This document shows positions 25,503 to 39,157 of a stretch of 64,000 nt of DNA, in pieces. Location of the stretch: assembly GCA_951406725.2 (NCBI GenBank), contig OX597824.1:81840001-81904000 (forward strand), written 5' to 3'. Below the pieces are notes generated by a model that saw only the letters and a list, made by a program, of their open reading frames with translations, ran no database searches and had not been told where the DNA came from. The position numbers and the translations under genes were made by a program. Within the stretch, counting starts at the first letter, position 1; every line of letters starts with the position of its first letter. This DNA comes from Octopus vulgaris. Its lineage: Eukaryota.

Positions 25503-26140
25503 TATATGCATACATGCTTCGGAGAATGCATAAATGCATAAATACATGCATACATACCTATCGAACCACCTTCCAAGCTGCATGCATGTATATATATATA
25601 TATATATATATATACTTACGTTCATAAATATGTACGTACCTACTGTGTGAATAATTTTTAAAATCTCGTTGGAACAGCTGAGGGAATGGCTTAAGATGAA
25701 AGTGTATTTTTGCTAGCAAGGGACACAATTAGTATTAATCAATCATTCTTGGAGTGAAATGACAAGTAATGTAATTTTGTATAATAATGTGTTGTTAATG
25801 CGTGTGTGTGTGTGCGTGTGTAAGCCTATGTGTGTGTGTGTGTTTATGGGGAGTGTAGTGGTAAATAGATGTTTATGAGTGGTGGCGGTGGGGGTGTTTG
25901 AGATAGTACCAACTTTTGAAGGTTGGACGCATAGACTTGTTATGGAAATCTGAGAAGTGACAATTTCTAATTGGCTGAAAGGTAGAAGCTTCATATGTGC
26001 GTATGTGGTGCGTTCGCGTGCATGTTTGTGTTTGTGCATGTATGTGTGTGTGTGTGTGTCTATGTGAGATATATGTGTGTGTCCTTGTATATGTATACTT
26101 ATATTTATGTTGTATTTTTAATGGATGTAACAATGCTGTT

Positions 26141-26182
<42 letters not shown>

Positions 26183-26611
26183 CCTGTATATGAGTGTGTG
26201 TATATATAAATATATATATATGTATATATGTGATTATATGTATATGTATGCTTGTATGTGTGCGTGTATATATATATATATATATATATACATTCACACA
26301 TAAATACATACATACACACACACACACACACATGTATATATATATATATTATATATAAGCACATTTATGCATAGGTGTACATGCATACACTCGTGCGTGC
26401 TCAATCAAGTAACACGAGGCATTCCGATTCGGAGTCCATTTGTTAACATGAAAGGAGGAGAAAATTCCTTTATCTTTAAGAAGGGGAAAAAGGAAAAAAA
26501 AAAGAAAGCAAAACAAGGTACACAACGCAAAAAAATAAAAACACAAAGAAGGCAAAACAACACAAAAAGAAAACATCATTAACATTGTTATTATTATTAT
26601 TATTATTATTA

Positions 26612-26682
<71 letters not shown>

Positions 26683-26726
26683 GTCAGCTAGAACAACAAC
26701 AACTACAAGAATAATAATGGTGGTGG

Positions 26727-26785
<59 letters not shown>

Positions 26786-27214
26786 GTGATGGTGGTGGTG
26801 ATGATGATGATACATGACAAGAACCAAAAGACGAGCATACGAGGAAGCGTCCGTCAAACAGTCCACCGCCTCGGGGCCTTGAAGCTACGAAATAATGGGC
26901 CTTACGAGTACTGCGAATGTAGTTTTTCCAAGTAGCATTTGTTGCTAGGTGTAGTCATAAGCTGTATGGATCGAAGGAAGAATACTTGTGCCAGAGGGCA
27001 ATTGGCGATTTTGTAAAAGGAATAAAAATCTAAGAAATCATGTCCTGAATTTTCTGAAGAAACTCTGTGAATTGGACATTTTCTCCTCTTTTCTTTTCTT
27101 GTCTTGTCTTGCCTTGTCAGTTATGGTTTTAAAAGAATTTCATGCTACGATAAAAGGATTATCCATATTCGTACTCGTCCACTTGGCTCGAAGATTTCTT
27201 ATGTTCTATGTATT

Positions 27215-27449
27215 TATGTATGTGTGTGTCTGTCTGTCTGTATGTATGTATGTATGTATGTATGTATGTATGTATGTATGTATGTATGTATGTGTGTGTA
27301 TGTATGTATGTATGTATGTATGTATGTATGTATGTATGTATGTATGTATATATGTATATGTGTGTGTCTGTCTGTCTGTCTGTATATGTATGTATATATG
27401 TATGTATGTATGTATGTATGTGCGTATGTATGCATGTTTGTGTGTATGC

Positions 27450-27480
<31 letters not shown>

Positions 27481-27680
27481 CATGTATGCACGTATGTATG
27501 TGTGTATGCATGTATGCATGTATGTATGTACGTATGTATGTGTATGCATGTATGCATGTATGTATGTGTGCGTATATGTACGTATGCATGTATGTATGTG
27601 TGTATGTATGCATTTATGCATGTATGTATGTATGTATGTATATATGCATGTATGCATGTATGCATGTATATGTATGAATC
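27215..27680. repeat. Degenerate (TATG)n microsatellite
   Basis: Tandem repeat seen directly. Confidence 0.95.
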
Positions 27681-27871
27681 ATGTATGTCTTCAAGAGTGG
27701 GTGAATAGATGTTAGAAATTATGCGGGCGTTAATGTAAGCGCGTATAAACGAACGTAGTTATATCTGCTTATGTGTAAGTTAATATATTTTTCCTATGCA
27801 TACACAATTATACATGTCTGTATATATGATTCTATAAGTGTATATATGCATACGTATTCATATATATGTGC

Positions 27872-27938
<67 letters not shown>

Positions 27939-28229
27939 CATTTATTTACATAAACATATACTTACACAGGCAAATAATTGAAAGCTTTATCACATACTTA
28001 CTCAACTTGTGAACTCCTAACCGCCATCATTGTATATGTGCATATACTATCTATGTTTGAATTTGCACAGAAACGTATGTATGTGCCTATGTATCTATCT
28101 TCATATATTATATATATATATACGTGTGTGTATATCTGTATATATATGTGTGTGTGTGTAAATATATATATGCATGCATATATATATATATATATAAATA
28201 TATGTTTGTGCATAGCATATATATGTGTA

Positions 28230-28283
<54 letters not shown>

Positions 28284-28929
28284 TGCATACATGTGTGCAG
28301 TGTGTATTAGTGTGCAAAAGTTAATATTGTTCGGTGTCAACTCTCATGCAGGTATAGAATTATTGATTTGTCGGGAGATATAAACTCTCCCCGACCAAAC
28401 CACCTAAAACCGAACACACATTCTTATATTCTGCTATGTATGTGTGTGCACGTGAATATGTATATAACCATGCCTGTACGTACGTATCTATGTATGTAAA
28501 TGTGTGTGTGTGTTTGTGTGTGGAAGCAAAAAAAAATGAGATAAAAGAAGTGACTCAGAATAGTAAGTGGCCTGGATTTGGACATCAAATACGAATAAAG
28601 TTATAGAGAAATACCTTATAAGATAAATTCTGTGTTTATTGAAATTATCTTCCTTTGGCTAGGAAACTAAATCAAACGCCTGCAGGCAATTGTGACCAAC
28701 TTTGAATGACAAAGGGAGATAATCTTACGTATATACGTATGGATGCATCCTTATCAATATATATGTGTTTGTATATAGTTTTACGTATCCTGTAGTCTTA
28801 AGACCTACATTGATGGAAGTATACACACAACAATGTTCAGTCTTGAAATTTATTTTCTCTGGTTACTGCAATATTGGCTGTGCCAATCAATGATTAAGTA
28901 GTTCAGTGAACGTTATTAATTGTAACTGG

Positions 28930-29200
28930 TACTCCGTCGGTCACGACGACGAGCGTTCGAATTGATCTGATCAACGGGACAGCCTGTCCCCTGAAATTAA
29001 CATGCAATCGGCGGAGCACTGTATAGACACGTATACCCTTAGCGTAAAGTGACAAGGCCGGCCCCTTGAATTACAGGTAGAACTCATTTTTGCCAGCTGA
29101 GTGAACTCGAGCAACGTGAAATAAAGTGTCTTGCTCAAGGACACAACGCATCGTCAGGAATCGCGAGCCGAATGCCCTAACCACTAAGCCACGCGCATTC
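28930..29200 (-). mobile_element. Chimeric SINE: family C head/core + family D tail
   Basis: GTGTCCTTGAGCAAGACACTT core fused to the tail found at 39160-39350. Confidence 0.7.
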
Positions 29201-29539
29201 ATAGGCATCTACATACGTATTTATACACATATTACGTCTCCGTGCGTATATTCTAATTGTACAGCTATGATGTTGCAAGTTAGAAAAAGAAAAGGAAAAA
29301 GAATCAGTAATAAGAAGTGGTGGGAGAAAGAAAAAAGAGAAAGTCGTTGGAGAAAGAGGAAAGTAAGAGAAAGAGAAAATTAGAAAGAGAGAAAGAGAGA
29401 GAAAATGATTTGAAAAACAGTGTTGCTAAATGTACCTAAGTACAGTACTTATCTGTAAGCTTGTAAATGCACACATATAAAGCAGACTTGTATATCCACA
29501 TAAATAAATACATAAATACAATAGTAACATATGTATACA

Positions 29540-29572
<33 letters not shown>

Positions 29573-29574
<2 letters not shown>

Positions 29575-29800
29575 CGGGAAGCTTTATGAAAATAAACAAA
29601 AGACGAAGGCAGGTGGAATACAAACAAACAATTGTATTAGTATAGCGCTCAGGAATATAAATAAAACAAGTCTTTTACATTTCGAGCCTACGCTCTTCTA
29701 CAGAAAGATACACAGAAAAGAAACACTGAAAGAAACAAGGAGAGAAAAAAAATGCGTGCAGAGGCTAGCGAATCAACATGGCGATCTGATTTCGGCCAGA
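29573..29800 (-). mobile_element. Short PLE pLTR-like element with a variant HHR (sub-family 2)
   Basis: Minus strand CTTT-CTGTAGA-A-GAGC-GTAG-GCTC-GAAA-TGTA-AAAG; 3' end at (TA)n; lies downstream of a Naiad EN fragment on the same strand. Confidence 0.7.
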
Positions 29801-30181
29801 AGTCAAAGATCAAACGTGAGACGCAAGAGCGAAATTAGGGGAGATAAAAAGGTTAAATATATACAGATAAACATATAAATATATACACCCTAGCGCATAT
29901 AAGCATACGAATACATCAAAAATTGTCTGGTGTATTGAATATTAAAATAAGAAAATTGTGGAAAAATATCAGTGTAATATAATGAATTATCATATAAATA
30001 TGAAAAAATATAAATTCACATTCGGCCTCGGCGAAATTTAAATTTAAATTCGTAAGCAGTCGAAGGTTTTCTTGAAAGTCGACAAATGTGAAATGCAAAA
30101 TGTAAAGGCGATAAATGTACAATGAATATTATACAAATTGATGCCTGTTTTATGTGGAAAAGCCAAATTCAAATGAGGAAG

Positions 30182-30560
30182 TCAAATATTATACCTCGTA
30201 GCATGTCTGCAGGAATTGAAAAGCTCCCGTCTTTGGTTCAATGCGTATTTAACCTGGAACAGGATGAGAAGCTTTTCAATCAGGCACAAATTTCACCTCA
30301 TTGGGCGTCTATAATCTCCATGCTGATATGGTGCAGCTTTCTCCACACCGTCTTGATAATTTTAAAAGGACGAGTATCATTTTATTTCAAAAGCCAGATA
30401 TATTTGGCAAAACTCGTTGCTGTCCTGTTTTCGAGGTATCGAAATGAATTTCGGTGGGAATATACTCTAGTTTTAAAGGAATTTTCCGAAGCTCCTGTTT
30501 ATGTTTTGTATTCTTGTGAGCCATCTATCTACAAACAATTCTTTTCTCTAGACAATTTGC
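30182..30560 (-). pseudogene. Naiad-type PLE GIY-YIG endonuclease fragment
   Basis: ANCLEKRIVCR..EYKT*TGASENSFKTRVYSHRNSFRY..TATSFAKYIWLLK..EKAAPYQHG..MR(TGA)NLCLIEKLLIL..LNQRRELFNSCRH..*. Confidence 0.85.
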
Positions 30561-30865
30561 TAGTTCTATGGTTTAATCCAGCATTTAACATTGCACTAAA
30601 ACCTATTATAGGTAGAGAATTCTTGAAATTAGTTTCTAGGTACTTTCAAGAAAACCATAAGTTCTATAGAATTTTTGATAGAAGAACGCTAAGGATTAGC
30701 TAGTCTTGTTATAAGAGCTTCGCTTCTCTAATTAACCAGCATAACAGGAAAATTATTAGGAGCAACCACAGTGCCGGAAATAATCTCAAGAATTGCAATT
30801 GTAAAGATCAAAGTTGCTGTCCGTTAGGAGGAAATTGTTCTCTTAAGAATGTCTTTATTGGTTAC
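30560..30865 (+). pseudogene. Naiad-type PLE RT-EN linker/zinc-knuckle fragment
   Basis: VLWFNPAFN..IGREFLKLVSRYFQENHKFYRIFDRRTLRIS*SC..INQHNRKII..CNCKDQSCCPLGGNCSLKNV matches the Naiad WFNPP..HN..CNC..CPLxGxC region. Confidence 0.85.
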
Positions 30866-30924
30866 GTAGTCTTACTAGGGTGTTTATATGTTTGTATGCA
30901 TAAATATATATGTTCTTTCTTTTT

Positions 30925-31266
30925 TCTTTTACTTGTTTCAGTCATTTGACTGCAGCCATGCTGGAGCACCGCCTTGAAGGGCTTTTGTCAAGCAAATCGG
31001 CCCCAGGACATATTTTTAAAGCCTAGTACTTATTCTATCGGTTTCTTTTGCCGAACTGCTAACTTACGGGGACGTAAGCACACCAACACCGGTTCTCAAG
31101 TGGTGATGGTGGGACAAACAAAGACAAAACGACATGCGCGCACACACGCATGTATATACAGGGTGGTGCAAAAGTAAGGATACAAACACGTACAATACTC
31201 ATTTTAATAAATTAACATTGTAACATTGATGAGATACTTACTGTACACCTAATTTTGCACGCCCCT

Positions 31267-31311
<45 letters not shown>

Positions 31312-31875
31312 AATGAAATAAAACATATGCATATATATAAACATATATGTACGTACCTACCTCTACATGTACATATACACACATATATGAGTACAGGACA
31401 CCAAAGGGACGTCGAACACAAAGAGAAACGAAAACATAGACACAAACCAAAGGAACTGGACATTTTTTTGAAAACAACAAAAAAATGGAGTACAGGACAA
31501 TTAACACAAAGAAAAAAACCCTCTCTTCAGTCGCTATGGTTTCATCTACTCTACGTTTCGATATATATATGTATATATATATAGTTAATCCAAACATGAA
31601 CAAAGAGAATACATGACAACGGGAGGACGTGGAGCAAGTATAGTGTTATTAGACGCTCAGGAAAGGAAAGAAAGAAGGAAGGAATGAAGAAAGGAGTATA
31701 TATATATATATGCGACAGGATTCTTTCAGTTTCCGTCCAGCAAATTCACTCAGAGGCTTTGGTCGGCCTGAGGTTATATAATAGTGGCAGACATTTGCGC
31801 AAGGTACTCCCAGTAGGACTGAACCCGGAGTCATGTGGTTGGGAAGTAGGCTTCTTACCACGCAGCCACGTCTGT
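30925..31875 (-). mobile_element. SINE family A split by several insertions in its internal microsatellite
   Basis: 3' half at 30925-31130 and 5' half at 31715-31875; the intervening DNA holds a MITE and PLE-like fragments. Confidence 0.7.
31159..31268. mobile_element. ~110-bp Tc1/mariner-type MITE
   Basis: Imperfect TIRs CAGGGTGGTGCAAAAGTAAGG / CCTAATTTTGCACGCCCCTTG with TA on both sides. Confidence 0.6.
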
Positions 31876-32193
31876 TCCTATGTTTGTATGGAGGGATGGA
31901 TAGATGGATGGAAGGATGGAATGGTTGTGTGTCCGTACACTACGTGGTTTGTAAGCGTCTGTGTTTTTGTTGTGTCTCGCTAAGTTCAGTAAATTAGCAA
32001 CTCGACAAATATCTCAGACAAAATTCGTACCAAAAATTTAAATCATTAATTAATAGGATTCATATAATCCTCAGCAATTCTTGGAGGAGCTCCAGCTTGG
32101 CCACAGTCCAAGCTGGGCTGCCATTTTACTTAGTTTCTTAAATTTTTTTTTCTTTGCAGAAACAAATAAAAAGAAATGAGAGGTAAATAAATG

Positions 32194-32610
32194 GCTGGCA
32201 GAAGCGTTAGCACGCCGGGCGAAATGCTTAGCCGTATTTCATCTGCCGCTGAGTTCAAATTCCGCCGAGGTTGACTTTACCTTTCATCCTTTCGGGGTCG
32301 ATAAATTAATTACCAGTGATGCACCGGGGTCAATGTAATCGATTTAATCCGTTTGTCTGTCCTTGTTTGTCCCTTCTATATTTAGCCCCTTGTACCTGTA
32401 TTTCAAGGGACCGGCCTTGTTACTCTCTGTGCCACGCTGAATACCCCCGAGAACTACGTTAAGGGTGCACGTGTCTGTGGAGTGCTCAGCCATTTACACG
32501 TTAATTTCACGAGCAGGCTGTTCCGTTGATTCGGATCAACCGGAACCCTCATCGTCGTAACCGACGGAGTGCTTCCACATTTAGCCCCTTGTGGGCAATA
32601 AAGAAATAAG
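32194..32610 (+). mobile_element. SINE B carrying a nested 5'-truncated SINE D (32394-32578)
   Basis: TSD ATTTAGCCCCTTGT at 32380-32393 and 32579-32592. Confidence 0.85.
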
Positions 32611-33031
32611 TGAGAACGTAGAGAGAAAAAGATAGAAAGAGCGCATGTGTGTGTGTGTATGTGTGTGTGTATGTGTATGTGTGTGTGTGTGTGTGTGTGT
32701 GTACGCGCGTGTGTGTGTGTACGCGCGTGTGTGTGTGTGTGTGTTTTGGTTTGCTTCAGGTTTGTTTCTTAATTATGAGGATTGATTATAAGGAATGACT
32801 TTTGACGATGTTAATGTACACATTCTTTAAGATGTTGTTGTTTTAGTTATTGTTATTTTCAAATATGTAGTGGGACTAATTTTACAATATTAGGAAATAA
32901 AACGGATACAGTGTTTTGTTTGGCTGTTGTTGTTGTTGCTGTTGTTATTGTTATTGTTGTTGTCACTGTGCTCTGTGTATATATATACGAATGAATGTGT
33001 CGCAGATTTGTGTGAAAGATGGAGCAAGACA

Positions 33032-33090
<59 letters not shown>

Positions 33091-33900
33091 CGTGTGTGTG
33101 TACGTGGGTTGGTGGAGACGAAGAGAGAAGTGAAAGCACTGGGCGCGGCTCAGACCATGAGATTAAAATATATACAAATAAATAAATAAATACCGCAAAG
33201 AAGAAGGTCAAATGAATCTCGGATGAAGGATCTCAACCACGATGGCACGCACTGACCGAGTTAACACTGACCAAGTTATGTGGACGATGTATATACATAG
33301 ACATATATATATCTATATTGCCCACAGGGGGCTAAACATAGAGTGAACAAACAAGGACAGATAAAGGGTTTAAGTTGATTACATCAACTCCAGTGCGTAA
33401 CTGGTACTTATTTAATCAACCCCGAAAGGATGAAAGGCAAAGTCGACCTCGGCGGAGTTTGAACTCAGAACGTAACGGCAGACGAAATACGGCTACGTAT
33501 TTCGCCCGGCGTGCTAACGATTCTGCCAACTCGCCGCCCATAAACATATATATATAGAGAGAGGAGTAGGAATGTTTGTGTGGTAAGAAGCTTCCTTCTC
33601 AACCACATGGTTCCGGGTCCAGTCCATTGCAAGGCACCTTGGGCTAGTGTCTTCTACTTGAGCCCCGGGCCGACGAAAGCCTTGGGAGTGGATTTGGTGG
33701 AACGAGACCGAAAGAAGATCGTCGTATACGGAAGTGTGTGTGTGTGTGTGGATGTCTATGTGTGTATCTTTTTGTCTGTGTTTTCCCCTTCCAACCATCG
33801 CTTGATAAACGATGTTGGTGTGTTTATGTCCCAGTAACTTAGCAATTCGGCAAAAAAGAGACCGAATTATTATTATTATCATCATTATTATTATTATTAT

Positions 33901-34230
<330 letters not shown>

Positions 34231-34948
34231 TATTAACCATATCCTTAAATTTAAGTAAATTTAATTTAATTAGGAAATTAGGAAATTGAATAATAGTCTT
34301 GTAGCTTATTACTAACAATAATAGTAGGATTAGTAAAATTAACAATGCTAAAGAGAGGGGTGATAATAACAGTAATAATCGTACCTGATACTCACCGTTT
34401 AAGGATAGTCTTTGTCAATTTGTTTTTAACCTGCTGAGTTGAAAAGGTCAGGATCTAGGTTACTTTTGGAACAATGACAACGCTACGTGTAATTCGGCTG
34501 GGCTTGTATTTAATTTAGATTCTATCTGAGCAATGCAGTTGACTCCACCCTTAAGACGTGGCAATTAACAACTAATTCACGTAAAATTGCAAATTTTGCA
34601 CTGTGCATTTGTTGCTAGGAAACACATGTAGGTGTAGAAATGGACACAAGTAATTAACTGCTGATTAAAACTGGATATAAATCTCTATTCTCCTTTCTTA
34701 TAAATTCGTTATTTTCTCTAACGAAATCATGCAGTCTCTATAGAGACATGTGGATTTACCGATGTGAAGATAGACTGAGGTTTATAAATCAAACTAACTG
34801 GAGACTCTTTTATACAATCACTGACGTTAGCGAACATTAATAACCGGATAATGCGACTACAGTACCTTCTTGGATTCTATATCCTTATAAACCAAAATTT
34901 GGAAAATTAAACATACATACATACATGCATACACACATGCATACATAC

Positions 34949-35007
<59 letters not shown>

Positions 35008-35039
35008 CATAGATGCATACACACACACACACATATATA

Positions 35040-35474
35040 TAAGTATCAAGTTAGAGGGGTTTAATACCTCTAAGGGATAATTAAATCCAGAGTCGCGCCT
35101 GGCTATTAGCTGGGTAGGTACAGTCTTTTGTAAGATTGTACGGTAGCAAGTGGTTCGGTTGGTAAACTGGAGTTTATTTTATATAAAAGAAGAAAATGGT
35201 TATAATAACAATGGGAAACTCATGGTTTACGCTGGCATGCCTTTAATTAAATAGGTAACAAAGAAGGAAGAAGCAGAGACGAGAGTGGCATCTACGATCG
35301 TTTCGATTTACTTGAGTAAGTAAATCTCGAGTATAGATAGATGCATCTGTTAGGATGCGAATATAATTGAACATATGTGATGAAAATGTAAACAAAGTGG
35401 TAATTCTTACATTGAAATTTTGTTCTTGTACTGCTAAATTCGCTGGGTAGAGGTTTGCAAACCTCTACCCAGCG

Positions 35475-35480
<6 letters not shown>
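35040..35480 (-). mobile_element. PLE-like fragment with a degenerate HHR and a perfect 46-bp terminal palindrome
   Basis: Minus strand GATTTACTT/AAGTAAATC stem followed by GAAACGATCGTA (~35290-35327); palindrome at 35435-35480. Confidence 0.55.
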
Positions 35481-35548
<68 letters not shown>

Positions 35549-35939
35549 TATATACATACACTACGGCCTTCCACGCGGTTTCCGTCTATCAAATTATATA
35601 AGTATCTAATTTGGCAGATGAAATATTCGTTATATATTCGTTATAAGAATACGTGTGTGTGTGTGTTTGTATTTATTTCCCGATCAGTGCTTAACTCCTA
35701 GTCTTGGACTACTTACGTCATCGTAACTTAGCGATTCGATGAAAGACATCAACAGAATAAGTACCACACTTGAAAAAAATTAGACAGATAGAAAAATAAG
35801 TACTGAGGCCGATTCGTTCAGCTTAAAGTCTTTGAGACTGCAATCCAATATGGCTGCAGTACAATAACTAAAACAGCTAAGAGGTAGAAAGAAAATGTAG
35901 TCTCGTTATTTCATTTGCATACTGAGTTGTTGTTATTTG

Positions 35940-36545
35940 TTCTTTCCCGAGCCATTCCTTACTCATAAGGGCCGGTTTCCCGGTTTCATTAGCGTATAGG
36001 TTCCCCACCTGGACAGGACGCCGGTCCGTCGCAGGTGAGTTGCAAGATGCAAGAGGAAAGAGTGAGAGAGAAAGTTGTGGTGAAAGAGTCAGCAGAAGTT
36101 CGCTATTACTTTCTACCGGAGCCGGTTGGAGCCTGGATGTTTCGCTCATAAAAACGCAAAAATCGCCCACTCTGAAATTCGAACCTACGATCCCTCGACC
36201 ACGAGTCCACTGCTTTAACCACTAGACCATATGCCTCTACAATATAATTGGTATTGTTGTTGTTGTTTGTTCCTTCTCCGGCCATGGCTAGCTGATAAGT
36301 GCCAGTTTCCCGGTTTCATTGGTCTATAGGTTTCCCACCTGAACGGAACGCCGGTCCGTCGCAGGAGGAAAGAGTGAGAGAAAGTTGTGGCGAAACAGTC
36401 AGCAGAAGTTCGCTATTACTTTCTGTCGGAGCCGGGTGGAGCTTAGGTGTTTCGCTCATAAAAACACAGACATCGCCTGGTCTGAGATGGGAACCTGCGA
36501 TCCCTCGACCGAGTGTCCGCTGCTCTAACTACTAGGCCATGTGCA
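35940..36545 (-). mobile_element. Two tandem copies of SINE family E (D-type head + V-domain-like tail)
   Basis: CCTGCGACGGACCGGCGTCCTGTCCAGG module; copies at 35940-36240 and 36265-36545. Confidence 0.8.
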
Positions 36546-37062
36546 TACTGAGTATTGAGTACTCAAGTATTCATTGTCCACCATATAAAATTCCTCCGAG
36601 GTCGATAATATCTTCCATCCTTCCGGGGTCGATAAAATAGATGGCAATCAAATACGAGGGTCGATGATATCGACCAGCCCCCTCCCCTATAATTTTAGGC
36701 CTTGTGCCTATTGTAGAAAGGGTTATTAAGGCAGCAAGAAGAAGGCGATCTGGCCAAATCGTTAGCACGTCGGACACAAAAACTTAGCGGCATTTCATCT
36801 GTCTCTACGTTCTGAGTTCAAAAACCGCCGAGGTCGATTTTGACATCCACCTTTCCGGGGTTCGACGAAATAAGTACCAGTTGATAACAGGGTTCTGACT
36901 GCTTTAAAGATAACTAGTGTTTTGCATTTAGCCCCAGCGACCGGTTTGTTTTATTAATTGAACGAAAGACTCAAACACGTATCTTAGAAACCGAAAGAGC
37001 CCCACATCATTTCCGCTTTGCGATTTAACTGCAGAAATATTGCGATTGAGGGTGTGATTTCC

Positions 37063-37139
<77 letters not shown>

Positions 37140-37144
37140 CAACT

Positions 37145-37192
<48 letters not shown>

Positions 37193-37477
37193 TGATGGTG
37201 GTGTTGGTGGTGATGGTGGCGTTTGTTGATGTTGCCACTGGAGTATATAAATAGATGGGTCTTGGTCTGTGGTCTGCTTTATTACATTATAAAAAATGAT
37301 GTCGTTAGAGGTTGTTGTTGTTGTTGATAGTGGTGGTTGTGGTGGCAGCGGCGGCGGTGACCTTCGTTGTCACGTACAATGACAGATAGAGGGTGTGGTA
37401 TGGCGTATTGTCGGAATGGGCGTGGTGGTGGAGTTGCTAATCCTGTAAAGACTGGCTCTTGTTTCTGACATTGTTGT

Positions 37478-37523
<46 letters not shown>

Positions 37524-37966
37524 TGATGGTGATGGTGATGGTGATGATGATGATGGTGATGGTGGTGGTGGTGGTGGTGGTGGTGGTTGTCGTGGTGGTG
37601 GTCGTGGTGGTGGCATTGAGAGTGCTGTTGGTAATCGTTTAAGGTAGGTTGTTTGGGTGTGGTGTGGTGTGGTGTGGTGTGGTGAGAAGAGGTATGGGAT
37701 GTTGCTGCATGGGTGTGGTGGTGTGGTGGTGTGGTGTTGGCAGTGGTAGTTGTTGTAGTGGCGGCGATGTTAGTTGATGGTGTTGGTGGTGGTGGTGGTG
37801 GTGGTGGTGGTGATGGTGATGGTAATGGTGGCGGTGGTGGCGGTGCTGTGACAGGGCGTGGGTCTAATGAAAGATTGTAAACAAAAGAGACACCGTGTTT
37901 GCTATATGTCTTCGTGGCAATGGCATAAAGTTCGTTCGGTGCATTTCTGAAATGGAAAAATAAGTA

Positions 37967-38027
<61 letters not shown>

Positions 38028-38028
<1 letters not shown>

Positions 38029-39055
38029 TCCTTTCTACTAAAGGCACAAAACCTAAAATTTTGTGGGGAGTGTGCAAGTTGATTACATCCATCCCAGTGC
38101 TCAACTGGTACTTACTTCATCGACCCCGAAAGGGTGAAAGGTAAAGTCGACCTCGGCGGAATTTGAACTCAGAACGTAACGGCAGACGGAACGTAACGGC
38201 AGAACTTGAAGACATGCAAAATACTGCTAAGCATTTTGCCTGGCGTGCTAACGGTTCTGCCAGCTCGCCGCCTTGGTAATCCTTTCTGCTATAGGCACAA
38301 GGCCTGAAAGTTTGGGGGAAGAGGCCAGTCGATTAGATCGACTCCAGTGCGTAACTGGTACTTAATTTATCGTCCCCGAAAGGATGAAAGGCAAAGTCGA
38401 CTTCGGCGGAATTTGAACTCAGAGTGCGAAGACGGACGAAATACCTATTTCTTTACTACCTACAAGGGGCTAAACACAGAGGGAACAAACAAGGACAGAC
38501 ATAGGTATTAAGTCGATTACTTCGACCCCAGTTCGTAACTGGTACTTAATTTATCGACCCCGAAAGGATGAAAGGCAAAGTCGACCTCGGCGGAATTTGA
38601 ACTCACAACGTAACGCAGACGAAGTACCGCTAAGCATTTCACCCGGCGTGCTAACGTTTCTGCCAGCTCGCCGCCTTTTTAATCATTTCTAGTAAAGTCA
38701 CAAGGCCTGAAAGTTTGGAGGAGGGAGCCAGTCGATTAGATCGACTCCAGTATGCAACTGGTACTTAATTTATCGTCCCCGAAAGGATGAAAGGCAAAGT
38801 CAACTTCGGCGGAATTTGAACTCAGAGTGCGAAGACGGACAAAATACCTATTTCTTTACTACCCACAAGGGGCTAAACACAGAGAGGACAAACAAGGACA
38901 GACAAAGGGATTAAGTCGATTACATCGACCCCAGTGAGTCACTGGTACTTAATTTATCGACCCCGAAAAGGATGAAAGGCAAAGTCGACCTCGGCAGAAT
39001 TTGAACTCAGAACGTAACGGCAGACGAAATACCGCTGAGCATTTTGCTCGCCGTC
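38028..39055 (-). mobile_element. Tandem array of five SINE B cores
   Basis: Five GAAAGG.TGAAAGG.AAAGTC cores arranged as one monomer plus two composite dimers. Confidence 0.9.
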
Positions 39056-39157
39056 TTAATAATAATAACAAAAATATACTACTGAAGCTATACCAACAGA
39101 AACAGCGACAGGAACAACAATATATATTAAAGTAAGAAGACTTGACTGAGTTTTGGT

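Noticed and set aside
26810-27210. Coding exon in the GC-richer unique patch, including a polypyrimidine-AG at ~27120
   Set aside because: There is no recognisable peptide, most frames contain stops, and there is no convincing paired splice donor.
29960-30010. SECIS element downstream of the Naiad EN
   Set aside because: ATGA..TGA words exist on the minus strand, but the helix length and apical AA do not fit a canonical SECIS by eye.
30122-30703. 193-aa ORF as a real gene
   Set aside because: It is a chance fusion: the first ~145 codons are antisense to a Naiad EN fragment, and only the end is PLE coding sequence, which continues past an in-frame stop.
37370-38104. 244-aa Pro/Thr/His-rich ORF
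   Set aside because: It starts inside a SINE and runs through (ATT)n, (ACC)n and (ATC)n repeats, with no evidence of coding function.
38028-39055. CRISPR-like regularly spaced repeats
   Set aside because: The units are ~200-bp SINE copies with non-unique spacers, in a eukaryotic context with no cas genes.
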